Part shown: one piece after another, positions 1 through 12,060 of the stretch
Position numbering within the stretch: the stretch's first letter is position 1
How the letters are laid out: each line of letters starts with the position of its first letter
Origin: Ylistrum balloti
Lineage: Eukaryota
Assembly (NCBI RefSeq): GCF_031769215.1
Contig: NW_026782452.1
Location: 496,001 to 560,000 of the forward strand
Reading direction: 5' to 3'
DNA: 64,000 nucleotides
The notes under the pieces: model-generated
What the model was told of the DNA's origin: nothing
Database searches by the model: none
The model's input: only the letters and a program-made list of their open reading frames with translations
Translations under genes and position numbers: made by a program

Positions 1-1456
1 ATGTTGTTCGGCATCGTTTCAAAAACAACTCCATATTAAATTTCAATTCAATACACCTTTTAGAAAACGAAGGAACATATGATTCCTCATTACAAGACAG
101 CCTGCACCTTCTCATAATACAACTACATATCAACTTGCATTTCCATGTCTACATAGTTAATAAACAGAAACTGTTGTTTTTTTTTATTTGCTCAAAATTA
201 AAACGTTATCGCTCAGTAAACAGTAAGTTGATTGGAATAAAAAAAAATCGAATCGACATCTACATCCTTTGATTAAACAGCTTGGTACCAAATTTCATTT
301 CAGTGTCTCAGTTCGTCAGAGGGTGAATAAGAGAAAAAACCGAATTGTAATGAAAAGAAAGAATGACAACAATAGCAAAGAAAAATAGGACATGTCAATG
401 CAACTATGATTGTATATGAACAAATATAATAACAAGATGAGGTGTTCCACAAGAATAAGCGTCTCCCGCTTCATCGACGATATGTAAAATTTGGTAAATC
501 CAAGAAGGTAATGTCACGTTCCCAAATGAGGACAGGTTAACAACATCGAAACCACCACGCCTATTAAAGAGTATCGCAAACGTGTCCCACGTTATTTGCA
601 TATCGCACGTGGAACGTTTCTCTATGCCAACCATAAAACTTCCCCATAAGCTCCTTCAGCCTGTTGGCATCTTGTCCGTGGAGATGTATGTCCGAGAACA
701 AGGCCTTGGATCCTGAATCAACTGCAGTCTGTGCAATCCATAGGTTGTGGAATCGAGAATGTTGCTATCTAGAAATGGACATTCAGTACTAGTATTTACT
801 ACCTGCAATTTTGAAGATTTTACGGAAAACACACAAGTAAACAGTACCTTTCAATGTAAATCTAGAAACACAAAAAATGTAGATGCAAGAAACCATCTGT
901 CTTGCCCATCTAGGGCGAATCTAAATTATTCAGTCATGGTGCTGTCCACGTGATCAGACGCTGAATTCATAGCAATCCGTTTCATAAAAACCATTGCATG
1001 ACAAGCCTAAATCAATACAGTGTTATAATGATTAGTAAGTAACGTACTTGTGTGGTATTTCGCATACTTACACGTTATCAAGTCTTGTAATGTCGACGTT
1101 TAACACTTGTAAACTCGACGTTGCTTTGTAGAGAACCTTGTAAGACGAACAAACCACAAGGGAGAGGACATGTATCGGCATTACTTGTTGCCATATTGCC
1201 GAAAAATATTTTTGTTTAAAAAAAATAAAGATTTTGAAATGAAAACAAACCTTATTTCCATTAAAATTGTCAATTGTGAATTCCAGAGAATCAGAATTAA
1301 CACGTCCTTATTTCTAGTAAATATAGAAAAATAAAAGATTTAAAAGCAAAAGTATGTCTTTGTTAAGCAATTCCTGTCTTTGCATTCAAGTAACAAGTGA
1401 GTGTGTAATCATTCATTTGAATAAATGTTGATCCTTGTCAATTTGTTTAAAACAGG

Positions 1457-2482
1457 TTGAACGGTACAACTGTTGTTATGGAGACTGCTTTTTCCTCCTG
1501 GGTCAAGTCCTTTCTGAACCTCAAGAGCAGCACGTACGTTGAGCTTGCAGTCCTGACCGTTATGGTGTTTCTTGGATGTAGTGGAAATATCAAAGTCATG
1601 TGGACGTTTGGTAAAGTTCAGAGTCGATTTGCGCGTCAAATCATGACACTTTTCTTTACTCTAGCTATCAGCGACGGCCTCATATGTAGCGTTCGAATCC
1701 CATTGATAATCTACGGTCTGGTACATCCGAGCTGGGACGGAGGAAATGAAGTATGCACAGCTTGGTACATAACCTCGGTAATCTTGGGAATTATCTTTTT
1801 GAAAAACCTTTTGGTTGCTCTTCAGCGGCTTATCATAATGTACTCCTTCCCGTTCTACTGCCGACATTTCACTCTTACCACTGTACTTATAATCGTCCTC
1901 GTGATTTGGGTACTTCAAATTGGCACATTCGTCATCATCACTGTTGCATTCAATATAGATGTGTCTTATGATGAAAATGGCCTTTGCGAAATCAGAAATG
2001 TAATCTCCGGCAGAAAACCAACTATGTTCTTCATCGTAGAGGGCTTAATCAGTGTGACCCCTGTGACCTTGACGGCACTTTGTCATATGTGGTTAGTCTA
2101 TAAAATATGCGGTGCTGGATTGACTAAACTAGATCGGATCGACGAACGAGCTAGTTACGTCCGTATCAACAAGACGGCCATTTTAAGGACATTGCTTGTA
2201 TTGGTATGTTGGGTTCCGTACATCTTGGCGAACATGTTAGGCGCAAATACTAATCCGCTACAGCCGAGGGTTCCTGGATATCTGGATTATCTATTATGCG
2301 CGCAATCCGTCATTAGTCCATTTATAACCCTCCAAGACTCAGATTTCAGCGATTCTGTCACTCGGAAGAAAACGTTAGCAAGACGACGTGTTCTTAATGG
2401 TAACAGCTTCCGGCGTAGTCTGAAGCAATGCATCAGCAACATCACATCCGCGGAGTTACGAACGAACAGACCTACTGAGTAA
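1457..2482 (+). CDS. Orphan class A (rhodopsin-like) G protein-coupled receptor, 7TM region in a single exon
   Basis: 341-codon open frame with seven hydrophobic segments and class A landmarks: TM1 GN (GCSGNIK), TM2 LAxxD (LAISD), ECL1 W..C (WDGGNEVC), QRL at the DRY position, TM4 W (VIWV), TM6 CWxP (CWVPY), TM7 SPFI at the NPxxY position. The track start is TTG. The first ATG is at 1478, but an acceptor-like TTTAAAACAG ends at 1455 just before an NGT sequon, so an upstream start exon is possible. Confidence 0.85.
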   Translation: MNGTTVVMETAFSSWVKSFLNLKSSTYVELAVLTVMVFLGCSGNIKVMWTFGKVQSRFARQIMTLFFTLAISDGLICSVRIPLIIYGLVHPSWDGGNEVCTAWYITSVILGIIFLKNLLVALQRLIIMYSFPFYCRHFTLTTVLIIVLVIWVLQIGTFVIITVAFNIDVSYDENGLCEIRNVISGRKPTMFFIVEGLISVTPVTLTALCHMWLVYKICGAGLTKLDRIDERASYVRINKTAILRTLLVLVCWVPYILANMLGANTNPLQPRVPGYLDYLLCAQSVISPFITLQDSDFSDSVTRKKTLARRRVLNGNSFRRSLKQCISNITSAELRTNRPTE

Positions 2483-4489
2483 CGTGCTAGATTACGAACC
2501 ATTCCGAATCAGTTACCATTTTAGCTTCGGGTTGCACTGGAGATATTCAAAGAAATATGTCTAAAGGAAAAATTGGGATACTGTGAAGAGAATGGAGGGT
2601 TATGCATTCGACAAAGGAGAACGCGCGATATAAGAGACCAGAACACTGGTTGGTATCTACCTTTCCTGGTAATGCGGTTCATCGTCCAATCTTCATCACG
2701 CAAGAGTTCAGTTTGGTGGTGAATTAACTCTTATGAAATAGCTCTGATAATATTTACAAAATTTACTCATTAACATGGAGTTTTCAAGATGTTTCAACTA
2801 TAAACATATTTGTATGCAAAAAGCAAAGCTGAATGAAATCAAATATCGTAAAATTAGCTACTGGGTCAGTTTTTCACAACATAACATTTTGTTTCATAAT
2901 CCATCAATTCTGCGGTGTATCTCACCAGACCGCTCAATCCAGGATAGGAAATTACGGTCTTATCTGCTTCAAGTTTTCCAAACACTAATTTCTGAAAACG
3001 AAATATCTGTCTATAATCTCTAAAATAAACTCTTTACACTTTAGCAAAAACGAAAGCTGCGTTTTTAAACCGCTAATATATTATGATCACTGACTAATCA
3101 AATTATGCTGATTACGTCATGAGTAAAATTGGCGCCTGGCTGTACATTCCTCGTGTATCTTTACAGTGACAGACAGAGTGATTCATGTAGCATTATCATC
3201 AATCGGAAATGTAATAGGTTGGGTCGATTTTCAAATACTGGACAGGAATTAATTATGACGAATTGATACTCTACATCTTAAAAAGATCATTAACTTTGTC
3301 CTGTTATATCATCCTTGTATATCGGCTGTATAGAAAAGGCTATGTGTGTAATCAGAACTCGCCCAGGGTATAGTATAATCATGATACTATTAGGTCTTTA
3401 CCATGCATTACCATGATAAAAGTCTATGAAAGGTCAATAGTTTTTTAATCTATAGACCGGAGATGTTCTATTAGCTATCTTCTTGATTGTCGGTTGTCGA
3501 ATGGAGATCTCAATGCGCGTTTTCAATCATTCTATTAAAAAAAAAGAAACATATCCTTGTTTGTAAGTACGATAGATATTTTGACGTTTTGTTTTTGTAT
3601 TTTGCTTTATTTTTATCTTATTTTTTTTATTTATCTTCTCTTTTATATTTCCAATGGTTTATATATTTGTTTGTTTATGTGTGTATGTGTTTGTTTGTTT
3701 AACTATACGAACGTAACTTTTGGCATACATTCGTGCTTTGTGTGGCTATCGGTTCTTGACTGACATCATCTTAACAGACGTGAGAAAAAAATGGTCAGTA
3801 GAAAGTAAGGACCGTCTAATGAATAGGGGTGGTCACTCTGGATAGAGATAATTAAGATAAACGGTCTCTCGACAGCGGGTTGGTCGATATGAGCGATATA
3901 TTTTAGAGTATATTATTGTAAAGGGATGGTCGCTTGGGAGAGGGATTATTGATATAAGCAATTGATTGAAAAAGGGGTGATTAGTATTCATGAGTGGGCT
4001 CTTGAAAAAACAGCCTTTTATAATGATAATCGTTTGAGAGACGAAGAATTAATAGAACTAGTCTCTTTAGAGATGGATAGATAAATAGGGATGGTCGCTT
4101 CAGACGGAATCAGTCAAAAAACAATTGTTTTGAGAGAGGGTAGTTTATAGAAGAGATATTTTGATGTAATTCTTCTGTACTGGTCTACATATCGGTATGT
4201 TTTTTAAGTTATGAATATGTTTGCATGCTCTGGCCATATAGAATAAATCTCATGCAACTCTGGTGAAATTGCACTCGTTGGACATCAAGTGCCGGACTTG
4301 TACCTAGTTAACAATCGCGTCAACACCCCCCCCCCCCGCAAAAAAAGGAATAATGTAATACGTTTTACTTTATCGTTACTATGTACATATTTATCCTACT
4401 GTAGTGAATTCCATTTAATGCATAAAAGTCAAATAGTGTTGAAAGTAATGAACTTGTATAAGATATCGACAAGTATACTCATCCTTCTC

Positions 4490-5860
4490 CTTCCTTCTTC
4501 TTCTTATTCCTCCTCCTCCTTTCCTTCTTCTTCCTCTCTCCTGCTCTCCTCTTCCTCTCCCTCCTCCACCTACCTTCCTCTCCCTCTCTCCTCCTACCCC
4601 TCCTCCTACCCTCCTACTCTTCCTCCCTTCTTCCTCCTCCCCTCTTGCCCCTCCTTCCTTCCTCCTCCCCTTCTGCTCCTCTGATCCCACCCTCTTTTTC
4701 CTCCTCTCTCCTCCTCCTATCCCTCCTCCTCTCTCCTACTCCTTTCCCTCCTCCTCCCTTCCTCCTCCTCTCCTGCTCATCCTCTCTCCTCCTCATATCC
4801 TTCCTCCTTCTCCTCCCTCCTCCTACTCCTCTCTCCTTCTCCTACTCCTCTCTCCTTTCTTCCTCCTCTTTCTTTCCTCTTGCCTCCTTTTCCCCCCTCC
4901 TTTTCTTCCTCATCCTTTCCCTCCTCCTCTTCTCCTGCTCCTCCTCCTCCTCACTCTTCCTATACCTCCTCCTCCCGTCCTCCTTTTCTCTCCTACCCAC
5001 TTCCTTCTCCTTTTGCCTTCCTTTTCTTCCTCCTTTCCTTACCCTTTCTCCTCCCTTTCTCCTCCCCCTCTCTCCTTCTCCTAACTCTCTTCCTCTTTCC
5101 CTCCTCCTCTTTCTCTCCTCCTCTCTTCCTCCTCCCTTTCTTCCTTCTCCTCCTACCCATCCTCCTCCTCTCTTCCTCCTCCCTTTCTTCCTTCTCCTCC
5201 TACCCATCCTCCTCCTCTCTTCCTCTCCTTTCTTCCTCCTCCTCCTACCCCCCATCATCCTCTCTTCCTCCTCCCTTTCTTCCTTCTCCTCCTACCCATC
5301 CTCCTCCTCTCTTCCTCCTCCCTTTCTTCCTTCTCCTCCTACCCATCCTCCTCCTCTCTTCCTCCTCCCTTTCTTCCTCCTCCTCCTACCCACCCTCCTC
5401 CTCTCTTCCTCCTCCCTTTCTTCCTTCTCCTCCTACCCATCCTCCTCCTCACTTCCTCCTCTTCTCCTTCTCCTCCTACCCATCCTCCTCCTCTCTTCCT
5501 CCTCCCTTTCTTCCTCCTCCTCCTACCCACCCTCCTCCTCTCTTCCTCCTCCCTTTCTTCTCTTCCTCCTCCCTTTCTTCCTCATCCTCCTACCCATCCT
5601 CCTCCTCTCTTCCTCCTCCCTTTCTTCCTCCTCCTCCTACCCATCCTCCTCCTCTCTTCCTCCTCCCTTTCTTCCTCCTCCTCCTACCCATCCTCCTCCT
5701 CTCTTCCTCCTCCCTTTCTTCCTCCTCCTCCTACCCACCCTCCTCCTCTCTTCCTCCTCCCTTTCTTCCTCCTCCTCCTACCCATCCTCCTCCTCTCTTC
5801 CTCCTCCCTTTCTTCCTCATCCTCCTACCCATCCTCCTCCTCTCTTCCTCTTCCTCCTTC
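4490..5860. repeat. Homopyrimidine/homopurine (CCT/CT-rich) low-complexity tract with a 47-bp higher-order unit in its 3' half
   Basis: The + strand is almost only C and T. The unit TACCCATCCTCCTCCTCTCTTCCTCCTCCCTTTCTTCCTTCTCCTCC recurs (starts at 5154 and 5201). It explains the S/P/L-rich and R/G/E-rich ORFs. Confidence 0.95.
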
Positions 5861-7147
5861 TACTTGTGTTTTATTTTTTATTCACATGTTTATTGTCACG
5901 GTGTAGTTTTATAATAACACTGATGTCAACATAAAATTTTTACTTTTGATGAAGGAAATAAAATATTCAGAATGGTTAGACACGTGTTTTTTTATGTTTC
6001 CGTTGAACATTTCTGCCTTGTTCCTTGCCACGTACGCATTTTACGAGGAAGTGGATGAGAATGGTTGTTAACCAATAACAGTTACAAAATGAATGTGGAA
6101 ATGACAACTTCAAATGTGTGAAGAAGAGTTGTGGAAAATTATCTACATACATGCATGCATGCATACATACACACAAACACACGCGCGCACATATAGGACA
6201 ACTGGTCTGATTTCCGTTGAGGGTTGTATTTTTGTGCAATACTGAAAATTAAAAAAAAAAAATGGAAGCGCACGCTGACCATCATCGGCTGCTTGTTTGT
6301 TAGCTTCCGACAAATATCTTTCTCCGAAACTAGGAAAACGATAGAAAAAAAATTGAATAGCGCATCAACTGCGACATATTAAAACCATAGATTGGATATG
6401 TGATATGCAAAAATTACAAATTTGCAATATTCAGTTTACATCATTCTTCAAAAGACGGATGACGTAGGAGAGCTTGTTGCGTTATGGAGTCCCAGTTCCA
6501 GACAGCAATGAATCTCCTGCAAAGTACCTGTTTTTTTTCATTTATTCTTTTTGCCAATCTGTGAACAGTTTTTGCAAGTAACCAAGTGGTTGCCGAGTTT
6601 CCCATGGTAACCGATGTCAATTACTTGGTATGACGTATGATGGCGTTAAATAGTCAGATCAATATATACTTATATTTGTGATTAGTTTGAAGAATTCTTT
6701 GTTTAGTCAATAGCAGCCTAGAAATGCGATAATTAATAAATAAAAAAGACCACTTCCTGGTGTAGTCTTTATTTCGTTTTAAAGGACATCAATCATCTGA
6801 TAATTACATAACGATGCATTAAATTGTGTATCTTATATACACACTCTCAGATGTTCACTAAAAATAGCATTGCCCGTGTCACGAATTGTCGTTTATTTCT
6901 GTCTCGTGCAGATCTTGAAAATAATTGATTTTTCGTTTGAACATTTTATGAAATACGAATAAGATATGCAGTCACTATGTAGTTGTGTCAGACAGTGTTA
7001 TGGAAACGACAATGATGTAACAACTGCATAAAGAATATATATATATATTTAAAAAAAAGACGAAAACAATACATGTCACAATACACTAACTTAGGCCCCT
7101 TTAAATTTTATGAAATATGAAAGAACAATTATGTGCTTGAACTTTAT

Positions 7148-8178
7148 NNNNNNNNNNNNNNNNNNNNNNNNNNNNNNNNNNNNNNNNNNNNNNNNNNNNN
7201 NNNNNNNNNNNNNNNNNNNNNNNNNNNNNNNNNNNNNNNNNNNNNNNNNNNNNNNNNNNNNNNNNNNNNNNNNNNNNNNNNNNNNNNNNNNNNNNNNNNN
7301 NNNNNNNNNNNNNNNNNNNNNNNNNNNNNNNNNNNNNNNNNNACTAACAGGCAGAATGACTGACAGACAGACAGAGAAAGATAGAGGGAGAAAGATAGAG
7401 GGAGAGGGAGAGAGAGGGGGAAGGGAGAGAGAGAGACACACAGAGACACACAGAGAGGGAGAGACACAGAGAAAGAGGGAGAAATGGAGAGAGACAGACG
7501 TACAGACAGACGTACAAACAGACAGAGAGAGAGAGAGGGGGAGGGAGAGAAAGAAAGACAGACACAGCGAGACTCGGCTATAAATGCAACAAACGTAAAT
7601 ATCGTTGCATGTACAAGGGAATAAAACATATTATTTTACTTAGTTACTGAATATAAAAAGGGAAAAGTAATAATACCAGTTAAAAAAAACATCAAAAACT
7701 ACATACATAGAATAACTAGTCTTACTGGTGCTTAAATATATACAAATAATCTTCTCCAATTTTTCATTGTCAAATTTCTGCCTGGCATAGTCACCTTGGC
7801 AGTACATTTTTGAAAATGTAATATCCTTTTATTGAATTTATCACAGCATTCTTGTTGAAGATTTATGTAGAAATTTTGTTTTTATAAGACTTAATTGTGA
7901 TAAGAATTTCACTATCTACGCGATTACTTGCAAGATTCTTGATATTTACAAATATTTCAAATATAAAACTTTAATTTATTAATAAAGAGTGCGTCACGGA
8001 GTATCTCAATACTTTGCGTTTCTTGACATTTACACTGACTACCAATGGTTGTTTCCGGATCCATATTACACAATCTACTTTAAACAAGAATAAGTTTTTA
8101 GTTAAGAAATGTTTGCACTATCCTATATTGTAACCGTTGTAATTATATATATTTTGTTACTCTAAATGACTCTCTCTC

Positions 8179-8209
<31 letters not shown>

Positions 8210-8534
8210 GTCTCTCTGTCTCTCCTCTGTCTCTGTCGCACTATGTCTCTCTTTCTCTCTCTCTCCTACTCTCTCTCTCTCTGTCTCTCTATCAATGTCT
8301 CTCTGTCTCTCTATCTCTGTCTCTCTCTGTCTCTCTCTCTGTCTCTCTGGTATTTCTATCTTTTTTGTTTTATATGTGAGGATGCGTGTTGGCGTTTANN
8401 NNNNNNNNNNNNNNNNNNNNNNNNNNNNNNNNNNNNNNNNNNNNNNNNNNNNNNNNNNNNNNNNNNNNNNNNNNNNNNNNNNNNNNNNNNNNNNNNNNNN
8501 NNNNNNNNNNNNNNNNNNNNNNNNNNNNNNNNNN
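7148..8534. other. Two assembly gaps (7148-7342, 8399-8534) next to GA-rich (7343-7570) and CT-rich (8168-8345) microsatellites
   Basis: Runs of N. (GA)n/(GACA)n follows the first gap and (CT)n/(CTGT)n precedes the second. Confidence 0.97.
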
Positions 8535-9495
8535 AATGTATTTAAACTTTGTAAAGAATAAAGAAATTTAAAAAAAATCCCTGCTTCCAATATGACCTCA
8601 AAACGACTGCATCGACATATCGACATGTAACTGGCATCGTTTTACTCCTGATGTATATAAGTCATTTTTCAGGGCCTAAAAATATAGCTAGATCTGCTTA
8701 CATTTCTCTGGCCTTTAGTCCCTGCCTGTAATATCTTTGATATTACTGTTTGTGATATATATAAACTCGACATAGTTATGTTGAGAATTTAACATTTCTT
8801 TTCATGTAGTCATACGACCATGTCCCTCCGTAGTTTAATTAGCAGTAGCACATCTATATTAATTTTCACAACACACATATACTGCTGTAATATCGATCGG
8901 ACAGCGGAGCCTTCAGTTATTTTCCTTTGAAATCTCTTGTACATTTTATTATAATTCAAGTTACCATTGTGGCGTTTTGTTCACCTGATCGAAAGGATCG
9001 ATGCCATGGCACGGTGTGGTTTGTCTTATAGTGTCCGTCCGTCCGTCCACTTTTTATACAAATCGATACAACAGTCATGATAGACACAGTAGATTTTGGC
9101 AAAATTTGATTTGAAGAATCGATGATGGAAGTGGAATCAATATTGTTTAAACGGAGGGTCTGACCGCCCTGGGGTTTTAACGGTGTGCTTAAAAGTGGCA
9201 AATTTAGTAAATTATTCAAAATCCAGTAGGAATGCCTAGATTGTGTTCCTATTTGGTCTGAAGCATCGTTGTGTAGAGGGAATATTTTTTGCATTAATGG
9301 TGCGGGAGAGACTGGACCCAACAGGGGAATATTAGAAAAAAAAATCTGTAGTATTGTCTGGGTTCTGTCCTACATTCATGCTGGTCTGGAACATTCTTGC
9401 GTGGGCGAAGGGATATCATTTTAAAATGAAAATGAACCATGGGTTGGGACTTGTTTAACTACAGCGGAAAATGATATATTTTAATGCATCCAGTT

Positions 9496-9970
9496 GGTGA
9501 CACCCTTACAGTCCGAAGGCCCGATAGTCCGAAAATGGTTACGTATTTTTGTTTCTTATTTAACTGTAAATGAAATAATGACGAAATTTGGAGAGAAAAT
9601 AGGTAAGTAATATTAACAGAATCTTCGTCACAGGTTTCCGCACAAAACATCGCGAGAAAAAAATGGCCCTATTCCTTTATATTGTTCTTTAAAAGTTTAG
9701 TGAAAGGCGACTTATATTTGTAAGCGACGAGAACGTTAACAGAAATGGCGCGAAAAAATGTAGAAGAAAGCATGCACGGTAAACAGTACGGGGAATTCGA
9801 GAAAATCCTGCACGGTAAAAGATTTATGGATTCCGACTTGCACGTGTAGCGCGAATAATTAGCAGAAAAGAAACTATTCAGGGCAAGTATTTGGATAGAA
9901 ATATGCAATATTATGTAAATATTTAAAGACAAATCGGACTAACGGGCCTTCGGAATATAAGGCGGTCACC
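9496..9970. mobile_element. MITE-like element with about 37-bp imperfect terminal inverted repeats
   Basis: Left end GGTGACACCCTTACAGTCCGAAGGCCCGATAGTCCGA. The reverse complement of the right end is GGTGACCGCCTTATATTCCGAAGGCCCGTTAGTCCGA. No ORF inside and no clear TSD. Confidence 0.75.
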
Positions 9971-10158
9971 TTTCAGGTAGCCTTAGATGGAGCAATTTCT
10001 ACAAACTAGGTCGATACAGGCCTTGTCGGCCTTTTGATCAAGGATCCAACGCTGAGCTGAGGCCCAGATAATATATGTTTTGAGGTAAGGAAAACAGAAA
10101 TGCAAACAATTTTAATTACTCTTCAAATCAGAATTATATCAATAAAATCGTAAAGACA

Positions 10159-10228
10159 CCGGAAGTTGTCGTACTTATCTCCCTTGCCATCTTCCGTCAA
10201 AACATCGGAGTTGGAAAAGGCGGGGCAG
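10159..10228 (+). promoter_or_regulatory. Probable calpain-5 promoter and non-coding first exon
   Basis: ETS motif CCGGAAGT (10159-10166), YY1-like GCCATCTT (10186-10193), and a strong donor CAG|GTATGT at 10229. The next strong acceptor (TTTTCCAG, 13466) opens the ATG-bearing calpain exon. Confidence 0.6.
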
Positions 10229-10879
10229 GTATGTGTTTTTATAGGCGTTGATAATTACATGGTTTTGTTTTTTTATGCTTAACGTTATGCCGTTTTGTAC
10301 AAACTACATGTTAAGCTGTTTATCAGATTTTCAAAATTCCGTATAAGATCCGCCTGGTAATGATTAACGGGTAAACTTAAAAAAAATATATTGAATCAGA
10401 ATCTCGTTTCAAGAAGTTGAAAATCAGGTTCTGGTTTATACGCCGATCATCGTTGGTCAATAATATGCAATTATTTGATATAGGTTTATCAACGGGACGG
10501 GACTTTCGCTTTCCGCAGGAAGTCAATATTTGACTAAGAGGGATTTAGGAGCATAAATACAATTAAAAGCATCAACATCATTAACAGTGTTTTAATCTCT
10601 TCGAAGTGTTGGTATATATATATAAATACTATGATCATTCTATAGACATTGAGAGTACAGGTCACCATAACAGTTTCAGCCAGAATTATTCTTGTTCTCA
10701 GCTTAACAATTTTGTTAAAGAGTAAAGGATGTAGAAGTTGAGGGAACAGGTCACCTTACTAACCCAAGCTGGTGAGAATTTCCCTTTTCGTTTAGTGGTA
10801 GATTATCCAGCTGGTGACCAGAGGATTGCTTGTTCAAACCCCAGCGGTGGCAGGATATTTGAGGGTGGTAGGCTATTCA

Positions 10880-12060
10880 AAGCACCCTATGTCTGTTGTC
10901 CGTCTGTCCATAAAAAATGTTTGTTATCACTATTTCTTGAGAATTGTGGTTTCCCATGGTCCTTAGTTGTACCTGTTTGATTTGGGAACAGATCAGAAAA
11001 ACAAAATGGGCAACAATCTTGGATTTTTTCAATGAAGTTTGCTATCGCAATTTCTTGAGAAGTGCGCAATGGATCTTTCTTAAATTTCATATGTATGTTC
11101 ACCTTAGTCCTTAGTTGTATGCATTTAATTTTGGAACTGATCAGAAAATTAAAATGACCGACAGACAGCCATGTTTTATTTTGACTTTGAGAGTTTGTTA
11201 TTGCTCTTTCTTGAGATATACTCAATGGATTTTTTTTGCAAATTTCATATGTAGGTTCCCCTTGCTCAATGATTGTGCCCATTCGATTTTGGGTCTGACC
11301 AGAAAAAAAAAACAATATGACTGACTGGCGGTTGTCTTGAATTTTGAAAGAATGTTATTGTTATTTCTTAAGATGTGCAGGATGGATATTGCACAAATTT
11401 TCTTTGTCCCTAGTTAAGCCCATTTAATTTTGGTATTGATCAGACAAAATGACAGACAAATGGCCATCTTAGATTTTGACTATGCACGTTTGATATCGCT
11501 CTTTCGTGAGAAGTATTTCATGGATTCTCAAATTTTATGTGTATGTTTCACTTGATACCTACTTGTGCCTGTTTGATTTTGATTAGAAAAAGAAAATAGT
11601 CAACAGGTTGCCATCATGGATTTTGACTTGGAATGTTTGTTTTCACTATTGCTTTAGAAATACTGCATAGATCTTTCTCAGATTTCATGTCTAGGTTCCT
11701 CTTGGTCCCTAGTTTGAGTTAATTTTGGATTTTGTCTAGTAAAGATGGGTATCCCTATTTCTGAAAAAGTACTGAATGGATCTCTTTCAAATTTCATATG
11801 TATGTTCCCTTTGGTCTCTGCTTGTGCCTGTTTGATTTTGGGTCTGATCAGATGAAAGAAAATGGCTTCCAGATGACCATTTCGGATTTGGTAGGTAAAG
11901 ATTATCATCAATATTTCTGCAAAGGAATATTCAAATTTCTGATCATTAAGAGCAAAAACAGAGATGAGAAAAGAAGGGAAAAGATCCAACTTGCAATGAG
12001 CAAATCAAGATCAAAACCATGGTGGGTGCCAGGACCCCTCTGCGATCTCTTGGTCATTAC
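10880..12060. mobile_element. Non-autonomous Helitron/Helentron-associated (HINE-like) element with about 7 degenerate 145-bp core monomers
   Basis: GTCCGTCTGTCC microsatellite near the 5' end, then tandem monomers sharing AAATTTCATATGTA(T/G)GTTCCCCTTGG...TTTGATTTTGGGTCTGATCAG. Related monomers occur near 56340-56540 and 61300-61460. Family assignment is from the known bivalve HINE architecture. Confidence 0.6.

Noticed and set aside
404-850. Possible terminal exon(s) of a minus-strand gene (e.g. SKALFSDIHLHGQDANRLKELMGKFYGWHRE...)
   Set aside because: There are two competing frames and acceptors, no recognisable domain, and no linkable upstream exon.
1457-2482. Opsin identity for the GPCR, tempting given the nearby clock gene
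   Set aside because: There is no Lys at the Schiff-base position in TM7 (it is Cys), and the gene is more than 50 kb from timeless.
4289-5934. Long S/P/L-rich and R/G/E-rich ORFs (up to 429 aa)
   Set aside because: They are translations of the CCT/CT tract, with no domain, splice support or codon structure.
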